Shown here: one piece after another, positions 8,724-17,520 of the stretch
Position numbering within the stretch: the first letter of the stretch is position 1
Layout of the letters: each line of letters opens with the position of its first letter
Virus record (IMG/VR): IMGVR_UViG_3300021478_000023
Coordinates: 1 to 64,000 of that record
DNA: 64,000 nt
From: a virus
Reading direction: 5' to 3' (one strand)
Notes under the pieces: generated by a model
What the model was told of the DNA's origin: nothing
Database searches by the model: none
What the model saw: only the letters and a program-made list of their open reading frames with translations
Position numbers and translations under genes: made by a program

Positions 8724-9232
8724 TCTGCGCGCTCGCGCTCCATACCAAGATGAAGGCCAAGAGACTGCAACGCCAGTTTGATCTCGCCCAATGACTTGCG
8801 CCCGAAATTCGTTTCCCTCAACAACTCGGCTTCACTGAATCTAACCAAGTGCGCCACGGTTTTGATTGGCGCCGAGATATATTCACCGTCCACATACGCC
8901 TGATAATTTTGCAGCATATTGTAGGCGCGCGTACTCAATCCAAGATCAGAAACGGATTTTGACAAAGCGTCGTTGACCGGGGCTTGCCACAAAACATCAG
9001 CGGTAACGCAAGCCCAACCCATCCTTGGTTTTTCCGTGTTGCTCTTTATGGCCCGCAATAGCTTTGGGAGGGCTAACAAATCGGAGCACGCCATTCTCCT
9101 GTTCAATTCCTGTAGCTCATCGCGAATGTCCATCAACACCGCAAGCTGCGCGCCGGGGAACGATGCGCTGCCACCTTGATTTTCTGGACCCCGAACCGTC
9201 CAATCGAAATTCTTGCAGCGCCGGTCGCTCAT
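8720..9232 (-). CDS. RNA polymerase alpha-subunit C-terminal domain (alpha-CTD) protein
   Basis: SVSDLGLSTRAYNML...LVRFSEAELLRETNFGRKSLGEIKLALQSLGLHLGM matches the RpoA CTD. Confidence 0.88.
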   Translation of the reverse strand: MSDRRCKNFDWTVRGPENQGGSASFPGAQLAVLMDIRDELQELNRRMACSDLLALPKLLRAIKSNTEKPRMGWACVTADVLWQAPVNDALSKSVSDLGLSTRAYNMLQNYQAYVDGEYISAPIKTVAHLVRFSEAELLRETNFGRKSLGEIKLALQSLGLHLGMERERAE

Positions 9233-9582
9233 ATTTTTGGCCCGATGTTAGCGATGCGATCAATCACCAAGCCGGTGATAGCTGACGGCGAGCCGTCAGG
9301 GTTGCGCGTGAGCGCTCCCTTAATCACGTCAATCGGCACGCCATACTGGAAGCACAGGCTCAACAGAATCGCGCCGTCGCGCGCCTGCGCGTCGAGATCC
9401 GAGCCGGGTGTTTTGGCCGCATTGATGAAAACCTCCCCCGCCGTCACGTTGTCAGTGTAGAAGCCAACCGATATGTGCCAGGGCTGATTCCAAAATGTCG
9501 TTGTAAAGTTTACCGAGTGCCGCCGCATCGGAAGCGTGCGCCGCTCCGCAACGTGCGTTGGCTGCGGTTCGTGCTCACTCAT
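9229..9582 (-). CDS. stand-alone TSCPD-like domain (class II RNR NrdJ C-terminal-like)
   Basis: RRTLPMRR...GEVFI...AILLSLCFQYGVP. Confidence 0.75.
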   Translation of the reverse strand: MSEHEPQPTHVAERRTLPMRRHSVNFTTTFWNQPWHISVGFYTDNVTAGEVFINAAKTPGSDLDAQARDGAILLSLCFQYGVPIDVIKGALTRNPDGSPSAITGLVIDRIANIGPKI

Positions 9583-9782
9583 ATTGGTTGCTCCGACTGT
9601 TTGATCGCCCTCCGTACTAGATCAATCCGAAACTCAACCTCATCCGCCATTTCCTCTAGGAACAGCAACGCTTCCTCACGCGTCATGGTCCGATGGTCAA
9701 TGGCATCGTCAACCCGCATCATAATATCCGCTACGCTTGTCTTGATGATGCTGTTGATGATCGACATTCCAAGCACTTTCAA
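9579..9782 (-). CDS. hypothetical protein
   Basis: coupled ORF in the leftward operon. Confidence 0.55.
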   Translation of the reverse strand: MKVLGMSIINSIIKTSVADIMMRVDDAIDHRTMTREEALLFLEEMADEVEFRIDLVRRAIKQSEQPI

Positions 9783-9858
9783 AAAGCGGCCCGGCCTTGC
9801 ACTTGTGAGGGTACGAAAGCCGAGCCGCCCCGTTGGGGAGGGGGGTCTACCTCTCCCC
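9781..9858 (-). terminator. double hairpin ending in a U-tract
   Basis: stems 9835-9840/9853-9858 and 9786-9795/9819-9828, then TTTTT on the minus strand. Confidence 0.55.
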
Positions 9859-9864
9859 GCTGGC

Positions 9865-10194
9865 TCAGAACATTTCGTGTAGCTCTGCGAGCGTCTTGTG
9901 GCATGCCGCTAGTTGGCGCTCGGTCGCGTCAAAGGTGCTCGGCATTCCCTGCGGTTCCTTCGCGGTGTCCAGCTTAACGACTGTCGGGCGAGCCGCTGGT
10001 AACACCCCGCGAATCTTGTCGCGCAGCGCTTCGATCTTCTGTGATAGATCAGCGGTGCTCGCCATGATCGCGGCGGCGCGCGGCAATAGCCGATTGTTTG
10101 TTGTGACCAGCGAGCGCGGTTCCGGCTTGCTATCCTCGCCTGACATCACCCGCTCCATGTTTTCCATTAGTCGCTCGCCATCGACGTTGCTCAT
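9865..10194 (-). CDS. hypothetical coiled-coil protein
   Basis: GAAAGGA RBS; 109 aa. Confidence 0.65.
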   Translation of the reverse strand: MSNVDGERLMENMERVMSGEDSKPEPRSLVTTNNRLLPRAAAIMASTADLSQKIEALRDKIRGVLPAARPTVVKLDTAKEPQGMPSTFDATERQLAACHKTLAELHEMF

Positions 10195-10221
10195 GATTTT
10201 CCTTTCGTGTTTGGCTGTATG

Positions 10222-10707
10222 TTAGTGTCCGTCATCGTCGTTCTCCGTTGTTAACATTTCCATTGGACGCAATTCCGCTGGCGGCACCCAAAATGCCGGA
10301 CGGCCATTGTTGAAGCGATCACTCCAAAACTTTTCTAGCTTGCCCTCTCTGCCGTAACACCATCCAACAACATCGAGCGTAGGGGGATGCCCGATTACGA
10401 GAATGAAAATATCGTCATCGTTGTCGGGAGGGTGCACGCGCAATTGCCCGTTGGAGTAGACCGTTGCCCGCACCTGAAACCGGCCAACGTCTTTCGAGAT
10501 CAGACTCCCAACTGTGCCATCCCAATGCAGATTGAAAAACTTGGACACAGCCTGTTCGCCCATGCAGCCGTCGATATGCTTTGACCAAGCATTAGCCTCA
10601 TCGGCACCATAGGCTCCGTTCAACCGGGCGCGGATGGCGAAGCACTGGCGCATCACCCCGATCATCGCGGCTTGGAAGATCTCGGACTCCGACAACGTGA
10701 CTCTCAT
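10222..10707 (-). CDS. hypothetical phage protein, possibly PD-(D/E)xK-like
   Basis: GCMGEQAV...DVGRFQVRAT pattern; TAATG coupling. Confidence 0.65.
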   Translation of the reverse strand: MRVTLSESEIFQAAMIGVMRQCFAIRARLNGAYGADEANAWSKHIDGCMGEQAVSKFFNLHWDGTVGSLISKDVGRFQVRATVYSNGQLRVHPPDNDDDIFILVIGHPPTLDVVGWCYGREGKLEKFWSDRFNNGRPAFWVPPAELRPMEMLTTENDDDGH

Positions 10708-11807
10708 TACTTTCCCCCCTGATCCCAACCCTGTTGCCATGCAGCCACCAACGCGGGCTTGTCCCGATACTCACCAGGGACAGCCCGGCGTTGCTGGCCT
10801 GCGGCGCGATCATCACGACCGCGCTGCGTGGCGGCACGAATCGGGTCCACAAACAATTCGCCCCCGCCACTTTCTTGTGGAGTAGCGGCGGCGGTTTCAG
10901 TTTTTGTTGTTGATTCCGCCGCCGCCGTTCCGCTCTCCTGGGTCGTTCCTGATTCGGTCGTTGTTCCTGATTCGTTGCTCGGCACAGATTGAGCATCTTG
11001 TCCAGCCGTGATTTCCTGATCAGGAGGGAATGTTTCATCGACCGTTGTCATGCCGTCATGGATCGCCCGCATCATCGCAACGATTCGTGCGATGTCAGGT
11101 GCAAGCCAATCCTTTGCCGCGCGACCTACAACACGCTCGACACGCTTTAGCTCGACCGGGATATTGGCGATGCCCTGCACCGTGCGCTCACGCCAACCAG
11201 CAATGTCCTTGCCGATCTTATCGACCAACAAGTTGCGCGCCTCATCGAACGCAAAATCGCAATAGACGCCGAGCGCGTTAACGATGGCATTCCTGATCGC
11301 CTTGCTCTGACCAATCTGGTAGGCGATATCCATCTGCCGGTCGCGATCCTTGGTTTTGAGCGACGTTTGCGACTTGCGCTGATGATAGGCGCGCTCCATC
11401 GAGAAGCCGGTTTCGATATCCGTGAACCGCGCGTAGAACACCCACGCATCACCAACATCAACCTCACGAACCTCATTCGAGTTGTTGCCGTAAATCCGAG
11501 CGACGTTGTTTGCCAGCTTGATCGACGGACCCTCAATCCAATCCTGACCGCCGCTCTGAGTCCGCACCGGGAAGCGATAGAACCAATCCGGCCCGGCCAT
11601 CGCGGCGATCTCTTTAATCTCCTGGCGAACGCGCGGGAGATCCCGCCGCACGGCGACCGGCTGCGCGCCTACGATGCGCTCGGCGATTCCTTGCGTGGGC
11701 CGCACAAGCGAATGCCCGTGCGGGGCTTGTGGCTGGTTTTGCTGCGCGTCCGCGTTGGACATTTCGTCTAGCGAGCGACGCTGGTCATTCCGTTCGATCT
11801 CGTTCAT
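10707..11807 (-). CDS. putative ssDNA-annealing/recombination protein
   Basis: IEGPSIKLA...GQSKAIRNAI core; same operon as the YqaJ exonuclease; function inferred. Confidence 0.6.
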   Translation of the reverse strand: MNEIERNDQRRSLDEMSNADAQQNQPQAPHGHSLVRPTQGIAERIVGAQPVAVRRDLPRVRQEIKEIAAMAGPDWFYRFPVRTQSGGQDWIEGPSIKLANNVARIYGNNSNEVREVDVGDAWVFYARFTDIETGFSMERAYHQRKSQTSLKTKDRDRQMDIAYQIGQSKAIRNAIVNALGVYCDFAFDEARNLLVDKIGKDIAGWRERTVQGIANIPVELKRVERVVGRAAKDWLAPDIARIVAMMRAIHDGMTTVDETFPPDQEITAGQDAQSVPSNESGTTTESGTTQESGTAAAESTTKTETAAATPQESGGGELFVDPIRAATQRGRDDRAAGQQRRAVPGEYRDKPALVAAWQQGWDQGGK

Positions 11808-12058
11808 TGCTTGGTCCTTTTGCTTGATTGGTTTTTCGGCAAGTCAGGAAATGTCCTGATCTTGTTGTTGAACACGTCCATAATGCCGAGCACCATTTCA
11901 TCTGATAGAACCGCGTAAGCAAACGGATGGTGGTCGTCATCAAACAAGATGATATGCACGTTGTCGCAATGCTCGCACTTGTACGCCGAGAACCGCGATG
12001 AGATTGGAATGTCAGTGTCCGGGTCGCGCTCGGGATTGGCGTCCTTGACGTGCGTCAT
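11804..12058 (-). CDS. hypothetical protein (CxxC-x-x-H)
   Basis: AGGAG RBS; CEHCDNVH. Confidence 0.6.
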   Translation of the reverse strand: MTHVKDANPERDPDTDIPISSRFSAYKCEHCDNVHIILFDDDHHPFAYAVLSDEMVLGIMDVFNNKIRTFPDLPKNQSSKRTKQ

Positions 12059-12060
12059 GA

Positions 12061-12309
12061 TCACTCCTGGCCGACAACGGTTGCGGGCGGCTTGCACTCC
12101 ATGCCGTCAACGAAGCCGCACGTCTCGCAGATAATCATAAGAAACTCGCGCGGGGCCGGTGGATATAGTTGATAACTTTTTGTTCCGATCCATACGCATT
12201 GCACTGGCGGCGACACATGGCGGATGGTTAGATTGCTCCCGCACTTGCTGCACTCTCGCGCGCCAGCGTCAAACGGTTTCAATTCGAATGCGGGCCGAGT
12301 CCGCTTCAT
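12061..12309 (-). CDS. Zn-finger protein
   Basis: CSKC...CETC. Confidence 0.6.
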   Translation of the reverse strand: MKRTRPAFELKPFDAGARECSKCGSNLTIRHVSPPVQCVWIGTKSYQLYPPAPREFLMIICETCGFVDGMECKPPATVVGQE

Positions 12310-13265
12310 GACTGCCCCGAGATCTTGGGTGCGAGCACGCGGAACACGCGCGGGTGTGAAGCCTCAACGGTGTAGGCTTTGCGATGCTGGACGCGCCACG
12401 ACAAGCGGCGGCCATCGGCAAGCGTAGCAAACGAATTGTCCGCCATCTTGCCTTGTAGCTCGACCTTGATTGCTTCAATCTCTGTGTCGAGCCGCTTCCG
12501 GCCCGCTTGCTTGAACACCAAATCTTCCGCCAGTGCGAGCGCGCGGTTGTCACGCGTGAGATCTATCGTCGTGCCTAGATCTTTCGGGTACAGCAACTTT
12601 ACCAGACGTTCGTCACGCTGCGGATCGAACGGCGGCATAATGTCTTGGTCAAGATAATCGTGCCAGAATTTCAGCACGTTGTATTTGATGCGATCCTCGA
12701 TTTCCTGATCACGCTCAACCTCAAACAATCGAAACTGCCAATCGAATTCCGAATTGATCAAAACCGGGAGCACCCCCCACGGCGCATCCGCCAACATCAT
12801 TTCGGTTAAGGTCTGGAGTCGATACGACTCTGGAATTTCCGCGTCGCCGTACTTTAGATCATCGTCAGGATCGTGCATCCACGTATGGCGGAAAATATAA
12901 CGCGAGACGGTTTTGGCCTGGACGACGCCGACGCCTTCACGATCAGGCGCGATTGCAAATCCGTCCGGCGTTGCGCCGAGTCGCAATTCGGGATCTCGCA
13001 AATAGATTTTCGCGCGGCGAATTTCCCAACCCGGATTCTCATCTAACAGTGCTTCAAATACTGACGCTTCGCCCCAACGTCCGCGCCGCAGCACACCGCT
13101 ATCAACAAGTGGCGGGCGCAGACCTTTTTTGTCCGCGTACAATTCCGCCATCGATGCGTAGGCACCTTCGCCGCAGACAATCGCTACGTCGCTCGCGGTG
13201 ATGTCCTGGCTGCGCAGCGCAAGCCAAGTCGCGCGATCCGTGATTGCGATGCGTTCGACGGTCAC
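12306..13265 (-). CDS. YqaJ/lambda-exonuclease family viral recombinase
   Basis: WLALRSQDITASD...GRWGE...GATPDG...QAKT; GTG start at 13265 after GGGGA. Confidence 0.9.
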   Translation of the reverse strand: MTVERIAITDRATWLALRSQDITASDVAIVCGEGAYASMAELYADKKGLRPPLVDSGVLRRGRWGEASVFEALLDENPGWEIRRAKIYLRDPELRLGATPDGFAIAPDREGVGVVQAKTVSRYIFRHTWMHDPDDDLKYGDAEIPESYRLQTLTEMMLADAPWGVLPVLINSEFDWQFRLFEVERDQEIEDRIKYNVLKFWHDYLDQDIMPPFDPQRDERLVKLLYPKDLGTTIDLTRDNRALALAEDLVFKQAGRKRLDTEIEAIKVELQGKMADNSFATLADGRRLSWRVQHRKAYTVEASHPRVFRVLAPKISGQS

Positions 13266-13448
13266 AAGATTTCCCCGATTCGTATCCGCAAGGCTCGGCC
13301 CGTTCGCGCCGCAAGTCAAGGTAGGCTGGAAAGGTTTGCCGAATCGCCTTACGGTGCGGGCGCTGTGGATTGTGGATATCGGGGAAAACGCGGGCAATTG
13401 ACCGTCGAGCACGTTAGCGCATAGCTTCCGTTTCCAGCGGAGCGATAA

Positions 13449-13835
13449 ATGCCAAAACCAAAACCTGACGACCGGGCGCGAGCCGTGATGGAAAAACTGC
13501 GCTCCGAGCTAGGCTTGCTATCGCGGATCGCCCACGAAATCGGCGTCTATGCGCAAGCGGTGCATCAATGGCAAGCGGTTCCGCTAGAGCGCGTTGTTGA
13601 TGTTGAGCGCGTCACCGGAATCCCGCGCGAGAAATTGCGGCCCGACTTTCATCTGCCGCGCGCCGAGATCGCGCCGGAAGGGTTCGCCTGGAAATTGATT
13701 TCACTATCGGGACGATCAAGGAAAGCAAATGGCAAAGCGAAAAGGAAGCAACAGCGAAAAGGAAAACGACGCGCTGGAATTCACCCCAAGCGTCGTGCAG
13801 TCCGTCATCAAGAGAATCGAAGCGCTCAACGATGA
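13449..13835 (+). CDS. Cro/YdaS-like repressor
   Basis: RIAHEIGVYAQAVHQWQAVPLERVVDVERVTGIPREKLRPD. Confidence 0.8.
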   Translation: MPKPKPDDRARAVMEKLRSELGLLSRIAHEIGVYAQAVHQWQAVPLERVVDVERVTGIPREKLRPDFHLPRAEIAPEGFAWKLISLSGRSRKANGKAKRKQQRKGKRRAGIHPKRRAVRHQENRSAQR

Positions 13836-14136
13836 AAAGGATTCCGCGCGCGGGCGCTACATGAATCAGTGCGCCAAACTCAACGAACGCATCAACGCGG
13901 TGATTGATGAGGGCTCGCGCAAGGGGATTCCGGCCAAGGGCGTGCGCGCCGCCGTCAAGCTGCGCGCCAAAAACGCCAAGCTACTCGGCGAACTGCACAA
14001 GCACGAAGCCGAGGAAAGAGAGGTCATTCAGACCATCCTACAGGTCAACGATGACCCGAACGATTTGCCGTTGTGGAAGGCGGCAACCAGCCGCAGCACC
14101 GGCAAGAGTGAGAGCGCCAGTGCTCCGCTCAACTAA
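13729..14136 (+). CDS. GapR-like (DUF2312) DNA-binding protein
   Basis: VIKRIEALNDEK...VIDEGSRKGIPAKGVRAAVKLR. Confidence 0.65.
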   Translation: MAKRKGSNSEKENDALEFTPSVVQSVIKRIEALNDEKDSARGRYMNQCAKLNERINAVIDEGSRKGIPAKGVRAAVKLRAKNAKLLGELHKHEAEEREVIQTILQVNDDPNDLPLWKAATSRSTGKSESASAPLN

Positions 14137-14147
14137 GGTCCGCAACC

Positions 14148-14753
14148 ATGAAGGCGCGGCGCGCGCATATCTTCGCCAAGGAACGGCACGGGCATTACGT
14201 CGAGCCCGCGTGGGTGTCCGCGCGTCTTTTCGAGGCTGATGACTTTGGTCCGCCGAGCACCCTGATCTATGACCCCTCCTGCGGTTGGGGCACCATCCTG
14301 AGATCCGCAATCGATGCAGGCTACCGCGCCGCTGGCGGTGACGTGGTTGACCGGCTGCACCGTCGAGAATTCGGGTTATCCACAACCCGCTTCTACAAGT
14401 CCGATTTTCTCAACGGCGGCATGCCGACGAAATCGCCGGTTATGTCCATCGTTTGCAATCCGCCGTTCGATCACGTCGAAGCGTTTTGCGACCGCGCGCT
14501 TGAAATCGCCGAATACAAGGTGGCGATGATCATGCTGTTGCGGCGCATCGCGGCGGCGCGTTGGCTCGACCGCATGCCGCTCGAAACAATCTACATGCTC
14601 AACCCCCGGCCATCGATGCCGCCCGGCACTTGGATCGCCAAGGGCAACAAGCCGGGCGGCGGCACACAGGATTTTTGTTGGTTGGTGTTTTCTAAACTGC
14701 GCTCGACGCGCCAGCGGCCCGTGGTCAGATGGTTGACGCGCGATGCAGCATGA
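14148..14753 (+). CDS. short DNA amino-methyltransferase
   Basis: motif I YDPSCGWG and motif IV NPPF. Confidence 0.8.
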   Translation: MKARRAHIFAKERHGHYVEPAWVSARLFEADDFGPPSTLIYDPSCGWGTILRSAIDAGYRAAGGDVVDRLHRREFGLSTTRFYKSDFLNGGMPTKSPVMSIVCNPPFDHVEAFCDRALEIAEYKVAMIMLLRRIAAARWLDRMPLETIYMLNPRPSMPPGTWIAKGNKPGGGTQDFCWLVFSKLRSTRQRPVVRWLTRDAA

Positions 14754-15088
14754 ACGAAATCAATGGGTTGTTCGTGATTTACAGACCGGCGTTCTGCCAG
14801 CGGTGCGAACGGAAATGGGGGCGGCAAGTCCGCATCCCTTCCGGCCACACGCTTTGCGCCATGTGCCGCTCGACCGCGCGCCAGGAGGGACAAGAGCGGC
14901 GGCGCAAGCGCGCGGAGGATCACGCGCGCGCGGTCAGCATGGCCAAACTGGCGGCGCAGCGGATCGAGCGGCCCGAAATGCCGGTGGAGACGTTCGACGC
15001 GACGCTGGCGCGCATCCGGGAAAACATGGCCAGGATCAACGCGGAGATCAAACGAAAGGCGCGTGCCGGGTCTGCGGATGGGACGTGA
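14750..15088 (+). CDS. hypothetical Zn-finger protein
   Basis: CQRC...CAMC; ATGA overlap. Confidence 0.5.
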   Translation: MNEINGLFVIYRPAFCQRCERKWGRQVRIPSGHTLCAMCRSTARQEGQERRRKRAEDHARAVSMAKLAAQRIERPEMPVETFDATLARIRENMARINAEIKRKARAGSADGT

Positions 15089-15230
15089 GAGCGGGCGCAA
15101 AATACTGCCGCCAGTGCGACGCCGAGCGCGCGCAGGCGATGCGCAAGGCCAAGCTGGCGTTCCCAAGCAAGCGCCGCGTGAAGCCGCCGCCGCTGGCGAC
15201 CGATGATATCCCATTCTAGGAGGGCGACCG

Positions 15231-15638
15231 ATGCACTTGCCAAAGGGCGGACGGCCGACGCAAGTTTTACCCAAATCGACCCAAGCCGCCGACGATAAGC
15301 CGCGCCGCATTCAGCTTTCCCGCAAGCCGGGCTTCCGGCTCCCGCCCAACACGGTCAAGGTTGACCGCTCGACAAAATGGGGCAACCCTTTCGTCGTTGG
15401 CCAGCACGGCACGCGTGTCGAGTGTGTCGAAATGTTCGAAAAGCTGATGGCTGGCATGGTTATGGTCAGTCACGGCCCCGATCCCAAGGTGCAGCGCGAC
15501 TATTACGAAATGGTCCGCCGCGACCGTCATCAACTACACGGCAAAAATCTCGCGTGCTGGTGTCCACTTACTGAGAAAGGTCAACCAGTGCCGTGCCATG
15601 CCGACGTGTTGCTGCGCATCAAGCAAGCGAAACTGTGA
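15231..15638 (+). CDS. DUF4326 domain protein
   Basis: VDRSTKWGNPF...LHGKNLACWC...CHADVL. Confidence 0.9.
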   Translation: MHLPKGGRPTQVLPKSTQAADDKPRRIQLSRKPGFRLPPNTVKVDRSTKWGNPFVVGQHGTRVECVEMFEKLMAGMVMVSHGPDPKVQRDYYEMVRRDRHQLHGKNLACWCPLTEKGQPVPCHADVLLRIKQAKL

Positions 15639-15946
15639 TGGTCGAAACTCGCGTACCAAAGTGCAAGTGTCCGTCGTGCGGCACCGAGCTAGATGCCGCG
15701 ACTGACGTGTTGAACCGAGCGGCGACACCGAACCCTGGCGACATAACGATTTGCTTGCGCTGCGGATTGCTGATGCGGTTCAAGGACGACATGACGCTGC
15801 GCCAGCTAACCGGGAAGGAAATGATCGAAGCAATGAAAGATCCGCGCGTGGCCACGATTGAGAGAGCGCGCGGTACGGTCATGGCAGGCTTCACGGCAGA
15901 TGAAGCCATGACGAAGATCATGGCCGACTACAAAGCGAACCGATGA
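15638..15946 (+). CDS. Zn-ribbon protein
   Basis: CPSC...PGDITICLRCG...LRQLT. Confidence 0.7.
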   Translation: MVETRVPKCKCPSCGTELDAATDVLNRAATPNPGDITICLRCGLLMRFKDDMTLRQLTGKEMIEAMKDPRVATIERARGTVMAGFTADEAMTKIMADYKANR

Positions 15947-16356
15947 CCGTACCCGTGCAGCTAGAGTTGTTGAAGCGGCGCAAGGGTAGCAAGCCGTTTA
16001 ATTCGCTACCGCCGCCGAGCGAACTACAAATACAGCAATCGCTGATCGCGCGGCTACGGTTCCAATGCAAGCCGGGAATCATTTTCTGGCACACACCGAA
16101 CGGAGAGGAAAGAGACAAGCGAGTGGCGGCAAAACTGAAATCGATGGGCGTGCTTCCTGGCGTGGCGGACTTGCAGTTTATTTTTCCTTGTGCCGCGCCG
16201 AATCTGTTTCTTGAATTGAAAGCACGCGGGCGCGGGCTCACCGATGATCAGCAACACTTTAGGGATCTTGTTCGCGGGGCTGGCCACAAATATGAGTGGA
16301 CAGATTCGATTGACGACGCGATCAGAATTCTACGGTCCTATAATGTGCTGCCCTAG
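15943..16356 (+). CDS. VRR-NUC domain nuclease
   Basis: HTPNG...GVLPGVADL...FLELK...LTDDQ. Confidence 0.88.
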   Translation: MTVPVQLELLKRRKGSKPFNSLPPPSELQIQQSLIARLRFQCKPGIIFWHTPNGEERDKRVAAKLKSMGVLPGVADLQFIFPCAAPNLFLELKARGRGLTDDQQHFRDLVRGAGHKYEWTDSIDDAIRILRSYNVLP

Positions 16357-16389
16357 CAAGCAACAACAAGACTATCGAAAGTCGAGGCA

Positions 16390-17520
16390 ATGGCCAGTGC
16401 CAACGACCCATACGAACGAGGGTTTCGCATCACGCAATACAAGATTGCGAAAACTACGTTTTGGCGACCGATTGGGGCGCCGGGGATATTCGGATTTGAT
16501 GATGTCTACGGCGACACCATCGATGCGATCCAAGAGGTTCGCGATCTAGGATATCTCGGAAGCCAACAAAGCCTGCACCTTGAAATGCCGAGCGGCATTC
16601 ACGGCACAACTGACCGCATTCCATATCAATACTTAGAACCGAGTGAGCGGCGCAGGACGTGGCGCCAGCCTAGCGCCTACAAGACTGCCGCCGAGAAAGC
16701 GCAAGAGCATTGGGAACTTGTCCAACGGCTACGTGTGAAGGCGCGGCTCGCCGATAGCGACGTGCTCTGGAACACAGCGGAAGCCGAGCGCATCATCGAA
16801 AGACGAAAGTTGCTGGCCGCCGAAAAGCGCCGACAACGCAAACTCAAAAAGCGGCGCGCCGAATACGCGGAACAACAAGCCGCATTGAAAGAACAACACG
16901 AAGCCGAACGGATCGCCGAGCGCGCCCTAAACGATGCGAAGCAACGCGCGGCGGAAGCAAGGGCCGAACTCGCCAAGGCCGAAGCAACCAAGCCGCCGAC
17001 GCCAGCGCCCGAGATTGTCCCGGCCACGACAATCCCAAAACCGTCCGCCGACTTTTCGAAAGATTGGGATATCCCCGCCGACTTGTTGTTCCCGCACTGG
17101 CACGACTGCACCGTACACCTTGCGCGCTTCATGGCGGTTGCCGATCCGCATACGTGGGAGGTTTTTTTGATGGCGGATGGCCGCACGTTCATCGCGCTAT
17201 CAAACAAGCATTTCATTTTCGACCAGTCACAACGCCTGTTCAATTGCGGGATGGTCGTGCCGCCCGGCTCGACGTGGCGCGTGTTCCTGATGCGCTATCG
17301 CCTGGGGCTCGGCGGGTATCTGAATTTCAAACGGCCACGATTCCCCGAACGTCAAGCCGCTTTTGAGAACGCGCCCTACACCATAGCCGAACGGCAAGCG
17401 TGGCAGATGGAATGTCTCGCCGCCGTGCGCCTGCGCGAGAGCCAACTGATAGATCAGGGCTGGCCGCCCGCGCGCGTGTCGCTCGCCCGCGCATTCGGGA
17501 TTAGATACGATGGTCGATGA
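16390..17520 (+). CDS. hypothetical protein with central coiled coil
   Basis: 376-aa ORF with GAGG RBS. Confidence 0.65.
   Translation: MASANDPYERGFRITQYKIAKTTFWRPIGAPGIFGFDDVYGDTIDAIQEVRDLGYLGSQQSLHLEMPSGIHGTTDRIPYQYLEPSERRRTWRQPSAYKTAAEKAQEHWELVQRLRVKARLADSDVLWNTAEAERIIERRKLLAAEKRRQRKLKKRRAEYAEQQAALKEQHEAERIAERALNDAKQRAAEARAELAKAEATKPPTPAPEIVPATTIPKPSADFSKDWDIPADLLFPHWHDCTVHLARFMAVADPHTWEVFLMADGRTFIALSNKHFIFDQSQRLFNCGMVVPPGSTWRVFLMRYRLGLGGYLNFKRPRFPERQAAFENAPYTIAERQAWQMECLAAVRLRESQLIDQGWPPARVSLARAFGIRYDGR

Noticed and set aside
14376-14384. Perfect DnaA box TTATCCACA
   Set aside because: Single copy inside the MTase coding sequence; expected by chance
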